This document shows positions 16,785 through 25,793 of a stretch of DNA of 64,000 nucleotides, one piece after another (position 1 is the first letter of the stretch; each line of letters starts with the position of its first letter). Origin of the DNA: an uncultured bacterium (GTDB lineage Bacteria > Hydrothermota > UBA3072). Under the pieces are notes generated by a model. That model had not been told where the DNA came from, did no database searches, and saw nothing but the letters and a program-made list of their open reading frames with translations. The stretch is taken from contig CAZGHN010000003.1 of NCBI GenBank assembly GCA_964525555.1, forward strand, positions 160-64,159. Reading direction: 5' to 3'. Both the position numbers and the translations under genes were made by a program.

Positions 16785-18956
16785 ATGGATTTAGATGAGA
16801 TAATGTCTCGAGACGAGTCATATCCTATAAAAAAGGAACGTTTTTCCGCTTTAAAAAAATTATGGCGGAAGATTTTATCTTTAAAGGGAGAGCTTCCTTT
16901 AAGAAAACGCAGGTTCTTTATTTTAAACATAGGATTCTTTATTCTTGGTGCGGTAATTGGAATTAATTTATCGATATTAAATAGTTTGCCTGACGTTGAT
17001 TCTTTAGCTAATTATGAACCGAAATTATCTACAGGTATTTATGACATGAATGATAGACTTATTCTGGAAGTTTTTGAGCATAGAAGAATACCTATAATTC
17101 TTGATTCTATCCCGGATTACATCCCGGCAGCTGTTGTTTCTCTTGAGGACAAAAGATTCTACGAACATTTTGGTATTGATATTAAAAGGTTGACCAAAGT
17201 TGTTTGGTTGAATTTCGTCAGGAAAATTGGTCGAAAGAAGTGGGGAGCAGGCGCCAGCACTATTACCCAGCAGCTCTCGAGAAATATTTTTCTAACTTTG
17301 AAAAAAACGCTTCTTAGAAAAGTCGAGGAAATATACCTTGCCCTTTTGATTGAAAGGAGATATACGAAGAAAGAGATACTCGAAATGTATTTAAATGAAA
17401 TTTACTGGGGTTACGGTAATCATGGTATAGGCGCAGCTTCCAGGTATTATTTCGATAAAGTTCCCGATAGTCTTTCTATTTCGGAGGCGGCAGCTCTTGT
17501 GGGTTTAATTCGTTCTCCCGGGTTGTATTCTCCTTATAATAGTTATGATAGATTTATAGAGCGACGTAATCTGGCTTTGAATGAGATGTTTGAAGAGGGC
17601 GCAATTTCTAAGATACAACTCGATTCTGCTATTGCAGAATCTCTTCATGTTGTAGATCAATCAAAAAAAGAGATTGTCGGACCTTATTTTATAAATGAAG
17701 TAAAAAGGCAGATGGAAGAACTCTTTGGGAGGGCATATATTTCGTGGGGAGGTTATAAGGTTTATACAACGATGAAACAGGATATGCAGAAGAAAGCCGA
17801 TAGTATTATGGAATGGGGTTTAAAAAGAGCCGAATTATACTGGCATCTTACAAAGAAAGAGACCATTCCTGATTCTATAATTCATCCCGAAAATATTCCT
17901 TACTTGCAGGGAGCAATGGTTGTTATGGATCCGGGAACCGGCTATGTTTTTTCCCTTATTGGAGGCAGAGATTATAAGCATAGTTTGTATAATAGGGCTA
18001 CCCAGGCGAGGAGACAACCCGGTTCGTCTTTTAAGCTTTTTCTTTTTACTGCGGCTATAGATAACGGTTTTTCGCCTTCTGATTTTGTATTTGATCTTCC
18101 GATGATTAAAGAATTGGGAGGAGAAGTTTATGCACCTAAAAACTATGACGAAACTTTTATGGGTAAGATTTCTTTGCGAACGACTTTAAAGATGTCCAGA
18201 AATGTTGCTTCTTTAAACTTATGTCGGGATGTTGGACCTTTTTCCGTTGTTGAATACGCTTATCAAATGGGTATAGAAAGTACTCTTCAACCTGTTCTTT
18301 CGGTAGCTCTAGGTTCGTCGGGCGTATCTCTTCTGGAGATGGTTAGGGCTTATTCCACGATTACAAACCTTGGAGAGAAAGTTTCACCTATATTTATACG
18401 GAGGGTCGTAGATAGATATGGTAATACAGTATATGAAAATAGAATTGTAAAACAGAGAGTTTTGTCTGAAGCCACCTCTTATATAATTTTAGATATGCTG
18501 AATAGTGTTTTTGAGCCTGGAGGTACTGCTTCATCTTCGAGGATAAGCGGTTTTTCAAAACCGGCAGGAGGAAAAACAGGTACTACAGATGACTTTAGCA
18601 ATGCCTGGTTTGTAGGTTTTACTGCAAGCCTTAGTGTCGGTGTTTGGGTTGGATATGATTACCCAAGAAGTATAGGAAATGGTGCAAGCGGTGGAGCGGT
18701 GGCTCTTCCTATTTGGACTGAATTTATGAAGGCGGTTTGCGATTCTTCTATGAACTATGAATTCCCTACTACGGAAAGTGTGGAGTTCAGGTATATTTGT
18801 TCTGAAAGCGGAGATCTTGCAACTTCAAGGTGTCCAAATGTAGTAAAGGAAATATTTAGAAAAGGTAATATACCTAAGACTCAGTGTCAGCTTCATGTGA
18901 AAGGAAGGCCTAAGATTAAAAAATCAATAGAGATGCTTGATGATTTTAATTTTTAG
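16785..18956 (+). CDS. mrcA: class A penicillin-binding protein (transglycosylase/transpeptidase, PBP1A)
   Basis: GT51 motifs EDKRFYEHFGID and GASTITQQL. Transpeptidase motifs SSFK (SxxK), SRN and KTGTT. Confidence 0.9.
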   Translation: MDLDEIMSRDESYPIKKERFSALKKLWRKILSLKGELPLRKRRFFILNIGFFILGAVIGINLSILNSLPDVDSLANYEPKLSTGIYDMNDRLILEVFEHRRIPIILDSIPDYIPAAVVSLEDKRFYEHFGIDIKRLTKVVWLNFVRKIGRKKWGAGASTITQQLSRNIFLTLKKTLLRKVEEIYLALLIERRYTKKEILEMYLNEIYWGYGNHGIGAASRYYFDKVPDSLSISEAAALVGLIRSPGLYSPYNSYDRFIERRNLALNEMFEEGAISKIQLDSAIAESLHVVDQSKKEIVGPYFINEVKRQMEELFGRAYISWGGYKVYTTMKQDMQKKADSIMEWGLKRAELYWHLTKKETIPDSIIHPENIPYLQGAMVVMDPGTGYVFSLIGGRDYKHSLYNRATQARRQPGSSFKLFLFTAAIDNGFSPSDFVFDLPMIKELGGEVYAPKNYDETFMGKISLRTTLKMSRNVASLNLCRDVGPFSVVEYAYQMGIESTLQPVLSVALGSSGVSLLEMVRAYSTITNLGEKVSPIFIRRVVDRYGNTVYENRIVKQRVLSEATSYIILDMLNSVFEPGGTASSSRISGFSKPAGGKTGTTDDFSNAWFVGFTASLSVGVWVGYDYPRSIGNGASGGAVALPIWTEFMKAVCDSSMNYEFPTTESVEFRYICSESGDLATSRCPNVVKEIFRKGNIPKTQCQLHVKGRPKIKKSIEMLDDFNF

Positions 18957-18965
18957 GAGGATTAT

Positions 18966-19598
18966 ATGAGAAGAGATGTTTTTTATTTTTCGGTTATTTT
19001 GTTTTTACTTTTAGGATTTGGGTTCTTTTACTTAAGAAAATATTCCCCACTCAGCAATATTCTTATTGAGTATAAGGAAGAAAATAAGACTCTGGTATCT
19101 ATAGTAAATGATTTAAGGAAAACTTCTGAGAGAACCGATACACTTGATGAAAAGGGAGAAGTTAGTTACCTTGTTCAGGATATTAGAGATATGGTCGAAG
19201 GTGTCGAAGTGGAACTTGAAAGGGAGGCAATCTCTATTACCCTTCCCTGCAGAAAAATGTTTCCGCCAGGTTCGGTGGAATTGAGTGAGGAAGGTCAAGA
19301 AACTTTGCTTCGAATAGCAAATGTATTGAAAGAAATGCCCGAAAGGGATATTAGAATTGAAGGTCATACTGACAATACGGCAATATCCGGAAGCCTAAAG
19401 ATGGAATATCCTACTAATTGGGATCTTTCTGCTAAAAGAGCTGTTAATGTCGTAAAATTTTTGATTTCTAAAGTAGATATAGATCCATCCCGTTTGGCTG
19501 CAGTTGCCTTTGGGGAATATCAACCGATAGCTGGCAACGATACTGAAGGAGGTCGAAATAAAAATCGTAGAATTGTTATAGATGTTTTACCGGAATGA
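18966..19598 (+). CDS. OmpA/MotB-family peptidoglycan-binding protein
   Basis: N-terminal TM, then C-terminal OmpA-like block GHTDNTAI..NWDLSAKRAVNVVKFL..FGEYQPIA..NRRIV. Confidence 0.8.
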   Translation: MRRDVFYFSVILFLLLGFGFFYLRKYSPLSNILIEYKEENKTLVSIVNDLRKTSERTDTLDEKGEVSYLVQDIRDMVEGVEVELEREAISITLPCRKMFPPGSVELSEEGQETLLRIANVLKEMPERDIRIEGHTDNTAISGSLKMEYPTNWDLSAKRAVNVVKFLISKVDIDPSRLAAVAFGEYQPIAGNDTEGGRNKNRRIVIDVLPE

Positions 19599-19614
19599 TA
19601 TAAAAGAGAATAGC

Positions 19615-19732
19615 CACGGATGAACACAGATGTACACTGATAAAAAAATTTTTTATTCTGTTAAAAAAAACAAAAAAGTATTTAGTAATGGGTTGTTGGG
19701 GGGATCTGTGTTAATCAGTGAAAATCAGTGGC
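19615..19732. repeat. stutter repeat with ~29-nt inverted arms
   Basis: Left arm gccacggatgaacacagatgtacactgat (19615-19643) and right arm atctgtgttaatcagtgaaaatcagtggc (19704-19732). The arms are imperfect reverse complements around an A/T-rich centre. Confidence 0.7.
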
Positions 19733-19814
19733 TGATTAAGGGTTGAGGGGTGGGTTTAAAACAATAAAAAATCTTGAGTTAATCCTGTGGTTAAATAAAA
19801 GGAGAGGAGGTTTG

Positions 19815-20717
19815 ATGAAAGTTTTAATCTGTGATGCGATAGCGAAAGATGCTGTTGACGGTTTAAAAGGGCTTGGAATTGAAGTAGTAGAGAATACTTC
19901 AGTAGAAAAAGAAGAGCTGGCCGGGATTATTGCCGACTATGACGGAGTTATCATAAGGAGCAGAACCAAAATAAGAAAAGATCTTATAGATATAGCAGCA
20001 GGAAGTGTAAAATTCGTAATAAGGGCAGGTGTGGGATTAGATAATATTGATGTGGATTATGCTGTAGGCAAAGGAATTGAAGTTATAAATACTCCTGAAG
20101 CTTCTACGAATGGAGTGGCAGAATTAGCTGTGGCGCATATGCTTGCACTTCTTAGGCATATACCTCAGGCAACTGCCAGTATGAAAAACGGAAAGTGGCC
20201 TAAAAAGGAACTTAAAGGTAACGAACTTGGCTCCTGTACGGTGGGTATTATAGGTTTGGGTAGGATAGGAAAAAGGACGGCTGAGTTAGTTCAGTGTTTT
20301 GGAGCAAAAGTCATTGGTCATGACCCTTACGTTAAGGAAGTCCAGGGTATAGATATTGAAATGGTCGGACTCAATGAATTGCTCACTTCTGCAGATATCG
20401 TTTCGCTTCATTTGCCTCACATTGACGAAACGCATCATTTGATTGGAGAGGAAGAATTTGGGAAGATGAAAAACAGCGTATATTTAGTAAATTGCGCACG
20501 GGGAGGGGTTATTGATGAGGATGCCTTATATAGTGCACTTAAAGATGGCAATATTAGAGGTGCTGCACTGGACGTTTTCGAGGTAGAACCGCCGACAGAT
20601 TTAAAATTAATGGAGTTGGATAACTTTATTTGCACTCCACATCTTGGTGCCCAGGCCGTTGAATCTTCAAATAGAGTAGGAGAAGAAGTCGTCAAGAAAG
20701 TAGCTGCTAAATTGTAG
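19815..20717 (+). CDS. serA: D-3-phosphoglycerate dehydrogenase-type 2-hydroxyacid dehydrogenase (short form)
   Basis: NAD-binding GIIGLGRIGK, then NCARGGVIDE and TPHLGA motifs. Start moved to ATG 19815 behind GGAGAGGAGG; the track start 19743 has no SD. Confidence 0.8.
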   Translation: MKVLICDAIAKDAVDGLKGLGIEVVENTSVEKEELAGIIADYDGVIIRSRTKIRKDLIDIAAGSVKFVIRAGVGLDNIDVDYAVGKGIEVINTPEASTNGVAELAVAHMLALLRHIPQATASMKNGKWPKKELKGNELGSCTVGIIGLGRIGKRTAELVQCFGAKVIGHDPYVKEVQGIDIEMVGLNELLTSADIVSLHLPHIDETHHLIGEEEFGKMKNSVYLVNCARGGVIDEDALYSALKDGNIRGAALDVFEVEPPTDLKLMELDNFICTPHLGAQAVESSNRVGEEVVKKVAAKL

Positions 20718-20941
20718 AAAATAAGATTATTTCTTGCATCATGCAAAAAGCTTTCTTATTTTCCAGAAGTGAACTCCGTAAGACGTTGATTTTTAATGTC
20801 TTAATTTTTGGAGTGTTTTTTTATTTATTCTAAAGGCTTTTGGCGATTTAGCGAAGTGTCTGTTATTATGGTCATTCATTATTGGATTTTCCTGTTTTTT
20901 GGTAATTTATGCTTTGAAGGGGAGAGTAGATAAAAAATACC

Positions 20942-20969
20942 TTGACAAAAGATAATTACTTCTTAAATT
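20942..20969 (+). promoter_or_regulatory. sigma70-like promoter candidate, RsbR-like paralog 1
   Basis: TTGACA, 16-nt spacer, TAAATT. The same arrangement is conserved in the duplicated copy at 22715-22742. Confidence 0.45.
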
Positions 20970-21092
20970 TCCTTTATATGATAAAGCTTCTGGAGATTTT
21001 TAAAAAAGGCTTTTTAAGAATTTTTTAATTTTCGGAAAAAGCTTTTGAGATAATGTTTTCTCTTTTTTATTTTTTAAATTAAGGAGTGAAAT

Positions 21093-22394
21093 ATGGATAA
21101 AAAAAACAGAAATAAAAAGAATGTTGAGAAAGAATTTGACAAACTCCGTAAAGAAAGAGACGAAGCTTTATTCAAAGAAGCTTTGTTTGATGCTCTTTTA
21201 GAACACGTTCCTGAGCAAATTTATTTTAAAGATAAAGAAAGTCGTTTTGTTATGGCGAGCAAATCGGTTGTCGAACAGTTTGGTGTTAAAAAGATAGGTG
21301 AGCTAATCGGGAAAACGGATTTCGATTATTTTACCGATGAACATGCAAGAGCGGCGTATGAAGATGAGCAGAAAATAATAAAAACCGGAAAGCCCATTCT
21401 TGGTAAGGTTGAAAAAGAAACTCATCCCGACGGGAGAGTGACATGGGTTTCAACAACAAAAATTCCCAGGTATGACAAGAAGGGAAAGATAATAGGTATT
21501 TTGGGTCTTTCAAAGGATGTTACCACAAGAAAAGAGTTGGAAGAAAAACTTGAGTCAAAACTTAAAGAGCTAGGTAAAGAGGCTATGCTTAAGAGTAGCT
21601 TGCTTGATGCTCTTTTAGAGCACATTCCGGATCGTATATATTTTAAGGATAAGGAAAGTCGTTTTTTGGATGTTAGTAAATCGAAGGCGGAAGGAACTGG
21701 GCTAAAAAGGGAAGAGTTTAAAGGTAAGACAGATTTTGACTTTTTCTCCGAGGAAGAAGCGAAGGTGATGAGTGAAGACGAAATGAAAATAATGGAAACT
21801 GGAGAATCTGTCGTTGACAAAGTACAAAAAATTGAAATGTCCGATGGTAAAGAAAGGTGGTTCTCACAAACAAAAGTTCCTTTTTTCGACAAGAATGGAA
21901 ATATTATGGGCACTTTAGGGATCACAAGAGATGTAACAAGTGTAAAGACCCTTGAATTGGAAAAACAGGAAAAAATAGAGGCACAAAAAGAAGAACTCTT
22001 AGAGCTTTCTACCCCCGTAATCAATGTATGGGAAGGAATTCTTACGGTTCCTATATTAGGGGCTCTTGATAGCGAGAGAGCATCCAGAATTTCCGAGGCT
22101 CTTCTGACCGAGATAGTAGAAAAGAGAGCAGCGGCAGCTATTATAGACATTTCAGGTATAAGTGCGGTAGATAGTGCTGTTGCAGACCGGTTGATCCGTA
22201 CTGCCAAAGCAGTTAGGTTGGTAGGTGCTGAGGCGGTACTAACCGGAGTGGGAATAGAAATAGCCCAGACAATTGCCGATCTTGGAATTGATATGGGCGG
22301 GCTTAAGACAATGTCTACTCTCGCAGATGGTTTGAGATATGTTATTAATATTGGGCAGAATCCCAAAAAGAGACAAAATAAAGGAATTAAATAA
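21093..22394 (+). CDS. RsbR-like stressosome scaffold paralog 1: coiled coil, PAS(A), PAS(B), STAS
   Basis: Two PAS blocks (HVPEQIYFKDKESRF..GKTDFDYF..; HIPDRIYFKDKESRF..GKTDFDFF..). C-terminal STAS is ELSTPVINVWEGILTVPILGALDSERA..DISGISAVDSAVADRLIRTAKAVRLVGAEAVLTGVGIEIAQTI, resembling B. subtilis RsbR. Confidence 0.8.
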   Translation: MDKKNRNKKNVEKEFDKLRKERDEALFKEALFDALLEHVPEQIYFKDKESRFVMASKSVVEQFGVKKIGELIGKTDFDYFTDEHARAAYEDEQKIIKTGKPILGKVEKETHPDGRVTWVSTTKIPRYDKKGKIIGILGLSKDVTTRKELEEKLESKLKELGKEAMLKSSLLDALLEHIPDRIYFKDKESRFLDVSKSKAEGTGLKREEFKGKTDFDFFSEEEAKVMSEDEMKIMETGESVVDKVQKIEMSDGKERWFSQTKVPFFDKNGNIMGTLGITRDVTSVKTLELEKQEKIEAQKEELLELSTPVINVWEGILTVPILGALDSERASRISEALLTEIVEKRAAAAIIDISGISAVDSAVADRLIRTAKAVRLVGAEAVLTGVGIEIAQTIADLGIDMGGLKTMSTLADGLRYVINIGQNPKKRQNKGIK

Positions 22395-22398
22395 TTTT

Positions 22399-22488
22399 AT
22401 ATGCACTCCACATCTTGGTGCCCAGGCCGTTGAGTCTTCGAATAGGGGGGGAGAAGAAGTGGTTAAAAAAGTAGCGTCTAAATTATAA
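22399..22488 (+). pseudogene. orphan copy of the last 29 codons plus stop of serA (duplication scar)
   Basis: Translates ICTPHLGAQAVESSNRGGEEVVKKVASKL*, versus the serA C-terminus ICTPHLGAQAVESSNRVGEEVVKKVAAKL*. It begins 5 nt after the stop of paralog 1. No upstream coding continuation. Confidence 0.85.
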
Positions 22489-22714
22489 GAAAAGGAACAA
22501 TTTCTCGCATTACGCAAAAAGTTTTCTCATTTTGCAAATATTTTTTTAGCTAAACCTATGATTATAAATGACTTAAAATTTGGAATACTTTTTGCTCTGT
22601 ATTCCTATAGCTTTTTGAAAATTTAGCGGAGCGTCAATTTTTTCGGTTATTACCCTATAGAGGTTTATTTTTTTAAGGTTTTAAACCTTAAAATTGAAGT
22701 GCATAAAAAATCCC

Positions 22715-22742
22715 TTGACAAAAATATTTTTTTTCTTAAATT
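22715..22742 (+). promoter_or_regulatory. sigma70-like promoter candidate, RsbR-like paralog 2 (duplicate of 20942-20969)
   Basis: TTGACA, 16-nt spacer, TAAATT. Confidence 0.45.
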
Positions 22743-22866
22743 TCTTTTATGATAAGGATTTTAGAGGTTTATGGATAATAATCTATCGTTCGACTACGGG
22801 TATTATATAGGATCTTTTGACAACTATATTTTTGGTGTACGTCTTAAAATTTGATTGGAGGTTTTT

Positions 22867-23736
22867 TTGGCTAATAAAAATAAGAACAAAAGTAAAAGCG
22901 AGCTGGAAAGAGAAATTAAAACACTACGTAAAAAAATAAATGCGTTAGAGCTCAAGGGAAATTTACTGGACGCGCTTTTAGACCAAATCCCAGATCGTGT
23001 TTATTTTAAGGACAGAGAAAGCCGTTTTTTAGCGGTAAGTAGTTCGAAAGCTAAAGGAACAGGACTTACAAGACATCAGTTTGTAGGTAAGACTGATTTT
23101 GATTTCTTTAAAAAAGAAGAAGCTGAGGTGATGCGTGCAGATGAGGAAAAAATAATGACTAGCGGAAAACCTGTAGTAGATAAAGTCGAAAAGATGGTAT
23201 TATCGGATGGTAGGGAAATGTGGGCTTCTGCAACCAAAGTTCCTCTTTGTGATAGTAAAGGAAATGTCAAAGGTACATTAGGAATCACAAGGGATGTTAC
23301 AAGGCTTAAAACTCTTGAACTTGAAAAAGCAAAGAAGATAGAAGCACAGAAAGAAGAACTTATCGAACTTTCAACGCCTGTAATAGACGTCTGGGAAGGA
23401 GTACTTACGGTTCCCGTAATGGGAGTTCTTGATAGTGAGAGAGCGTCAAGGATTTCGGAAGAGTTGTTGACTCAAATTGTCGAGAAAAATGCAGTTTCTG
23501 CAATTATCGATATTTCGGGTATAAGTTCTGTTGATAGCGCAGTAGCTGATCTTTTGATACGTACAGCGAGAGCGGTAAAATTAGTCGGTGCTGAGGCGAT
23601 ATTAACCGGAGTTGGAGTGGAGATAGCTCAGACAATTGCAGATTTAGGCATTGATATGGAAGGGCTTAAAACGATGTCTACCCTCAGAGATGGCCTGAAA
23701 TATGTGATTAATAAAGGAAAGAAGGCATTATATTAA
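22867..23736 (+). CDS. RsbR-like paralog 2: coiled coil, PAS(B), STAS
   Basis: QIPDRVYFKDRESRF..GKTDFDFF.. PAS, then a STAS block about 85-90% identical in protein to the other paralogs. Probable TTG start at 22867, 5 nt after GGAGG (the track starts at 22855). Confidence 0.8.
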   Translation: MANKNKNKSKSELEREIKTLRKKINALELKGNLLDALLDQIPDRVYFKDRESRFLAVSSSKAKGTGLTRHQFVGKTDFDFFKKEEAEVMRADEEKIMTSGKPVVDKVEKMVLSDGREMWASATKVPLCDSKGNVKGTLGITRDVTRLKTLELEKAKKIEAQKEELIELSTPVIDVWEGVLTVPVMGVLDSERASRISEELLTQIVEKNAVSAIIDISGISSVDSAVADLLIRTARAVKLVGAEAILTGVGVEIAQTIADLGIDMEGLKTMSTLRDGLKYVINKGKKALY

Positions 23737-23828
23737 ATGTTACACATTTATTTCGAAATTAATATTTTACCTCGAGAAACGGAAAATCTTATATTATTAC
23801 ATTTTACTTGATTAATGGAGGTAGTATT

Positions 23829-25046
23829 TTGGATAAGAAAAACTATGAAAAAGAAATAGAAAGATTACGCAGAGAGAATGAAGAATACAAAAAATTAATA
23901 GAGGAAATGAGCGAAGGTTTCGCTTATCTTGAAGAAAATTTAACTTTTTCTTTTTCAAATCCCGCATGTGATAAACTTTTTGGTGTTCCTGAAAATGGGT
24001 TGATGGGCAGGAATATTACTGAATTTTTGAGTCCGGAGACCGCTAAAGAAGTTACGAAGAAAATAAAAATGCAGAGAAAAAATAAAAAAAATGTATTTGA
24101 AATGGAAATAAAAACTGGCAAGGATAAAAAATGTTATTTGTTGGTAAGGTCAAATCCTTCTTTTGATAATAAGGGAAATTTTGTTGGTTCATTTGTTTTT
24201 TTCTATGATATTTCAAAAAGGATAAAATTAGAAGAAGAACTTATTTTTGAGAGAGGTTTATTAAATTCACTTCTGGATTACATTCCGGACCGGATTTATT
24301 TTAAAGATAAGGAAAGTCGTTTTTTGAAAGTTAGTAAATCGAAAGCGGAAGGGACAGGGCTAAAAAGAGAGGAGTTTGAAGGTAAAACAGATTTTGACTT
24401 TTTCTCAGAGAAAGAAGCAAAAGAAATGCGTGAGGACGAAGAAAGAATAATGAAAACCGGAGAATTTGTCGTTAACAAGTTGCAAAAGTTAAAAATGCCT
24501 GATGGTAAAGAGAAATGGTTTACTGCAACCAAAGTTCCTTTCTATGACAAGGATGGAAATGTTATGGGTACATTAGGCATCACGAGAGATGTTACTAGGC
24601 TAAAAACCCTTGAATTGGAAAAAGGGGAAAAAATAGAGGCACAGAGAGAAGAACTCATAGAGCTTTCGACACCTGTGATCGATGTGTGGGATGGGGTTCT
24701 TACTGTTCCGATATTGGGGTCTCTGGATAGCGAGCGGGCATCGAGGGTTTCAGAGAGTTTGTTAACCCACATAGTGGAGAGGAGAACGGGGGTAGCTATA
24801 ATTGATATTTCCGGTATAAGCGCTGTGGATAGCGCCGTTGCCGATAGACTAATACGTACGGCAAAAGCGGTGCGGTTAGTCGGTGCTGAGGCGATATTAA
24901 CCGGAGTTGGAGTGGAGATTGCTCAAACGATTGCCGATCTTGGAATTGATATGGGGGGTCTTAAGACGATGTCTTCCCTGAAAGAAGGTTTGAAATATGT
25001 TATTTCACGCAAAAAAACCACTTTAGAAGAGGAGGAAAATGGCTAG
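23829..25046 (+). CDS. RsbR-like paralog 3: PAS(C), PAS(B), STAS
   Basis: A distinct N-terminal PAS (MSEGFAYLEENLTFSFSNPACDKLFGVPENGLMGRNITEFL..) followed by PAS(B) and STAS. Probable TTG start at 23829, 7 nt after GGAGG. Confidence 0.8.
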   Translation: MDKKNYEKEIERLRRENEEYKKLIEEMSEGFAYLEENLTFSFSNPACDKLFGVPENGLMGRNITEFLSPETAKEVTKKIKMQRKNKKNVFEMEIKTGKDKKCYLLVRSNPSFDNKGNFVGSFVFFYDISKRIKLEEELIFERGLLNSLLDYIPDRIYFKDKESRFLKVSKSKAEGTGLKREEFEGKTDFDFFSEKEAKEMREDEERIMKTGEFVVNKLQKLKMPDGKEKWFTATKVPFYDKDGNVMGTLGITRDVTRLKTLELEKGEKIEAQREELIELSTPVIDVWDGVLTVPILGSLDSERASRVSESLLTHIVERRTGVAIIDISGISAVDSAVADRLIRTAKAVRLVGAEAILTGVGVEIAQTIADLGIDMGGLKTMSSLKEGLKYVISRKKTTLEEEENG

Positions 25047-25404
25047 ATTAACGCGTATGCATTTAGGTGATATTCTCGTTGTTCCTATCCAGGAAGAATT
25101 GCATGATACAGCTGCTGAGGAGGCGGGAGAGACTATTATCAGAGAAGCGGATAATTCTGATATTAAAGGAGTTGCTATAGATATTTCCGCTCTTGATATA
25201 GTTGATAGTTTTCTTGGAAGATTGCTGCAGAAAATTGCCTGGGGTCTAAGGGCTATGGGGAAGGAAGTTATACTTGTTGGTATTCAGCCGGAGGTTGCTG
25301 TTGCCCTTGTTGAGCTTGGTTTGTATCTTGAAGAAATAAATACAGCTTTTGAGCTTGATTCAGCTTTGGAAAAATTAAGAGAAGTGATAGATAAAGGTTC
25401 TTGA
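25039..25404 (+). CDS. rsbS: RsbS-like single-domain STAS protein
   Basis: 121 aa with ..VVPIQEELHD..GVAIDISALDIVDSFLGRLL..VILVGIQPEVAVALVELGL.., closely parallel to B. subtilis RsbS. The Ser in the IVDSF position is conserved. 8-nt overlap with paralog 3. Confidence 0.85.
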   Translation: MARLTRMHLGDILVVPIQEELHDTAAEEAGETIIREADNSDIKGVAIDISALDIVDSFLGRLLQKIAWGLRAMGKEVILVGIQPEVAVALVELGLYLEEINTAFELDSALEKLREVIDKGS

Positions 25405-25793
25405 TGAAAGAAGAAATATTACGTATTCCTATAAATAAAGAGATAGACGTCTTAATTGCCAGGCGAGAGATAAAGAGTGAAGCTGAACGTATAGGTTTCA
25501 GGTGGATTGACCAGACGCGTATTGCTACAGCAGTTTCTGAACTTACTAGAAATATAATAAAACATGCCTATAGAGGTGAAGTCATAGTCAATAAAGATGA
25601 CGGAGGGATAGAAATTATATGTGAGGATGAAGGCCCCGGAATCCCGGATATTGATCAGGCTATGGAGAGAGGATACAGTACGACCAATTCGCTTGGTATT
25701 GGACTGATTGGAGCAAAACATCTTATGGATAGTTTTGAAATTGAAAGTACTGATAGCGGAACAAAAATAACTACTTACAAAAAGCTGAAATGA
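25401..25793 (+). CDS. rsbT: RsbT-like serine/threonine kinase (GHKL, HATPase_c_2 type)
   Basis: 130 aa: RIATAVSELTRNIIKHA (N box), CEDEGPGIPDID (G1), GYSTTNSLGIGLIGAKHLMD (G2). 4-nt overlaps with both neighbours. Confidence 0.85.
   Translation: MMKEEILRIPINKEIDVLIARREIKSEAERIGFRWIDQTRIATAVSELTRNIIKHAYRGEVIVNKDDGGIEIICEDEGPGIPDIDQAMERGYSTTNSLGIGLIGAKHLMDSFEIESTDSGTKITTYKKLK

Noticed and set aside
21422-22366. 314-aa minus-strand ORF antisense to RsbR-like paralog 1, plus similar shorter antisense ORFs at 23076-23288, 24296-24772, 25452-26616 and 28339-28802
   Set aside because: These are Ser/Ile-rich shadow frames of strongly supported plus-strand genes. They have no motifs and no SD.
20435-22517. 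Two similar minus-strand ORFs (20435-20746 and 22239-22517) that look like a conserved small gene family
   Set aside because: Their similarity comes from the duplicated serA 3' end read on the wrong strand. The plus-strand reading matches the serA C-terminus exactly.
20626-22866. An IS or transposon origin for the duplicated segment
   Set aside because: There are no transposase or integrase ORFs, terminal inverted repeats or target-site duplications. The pattern fits a simple tandem duplication.
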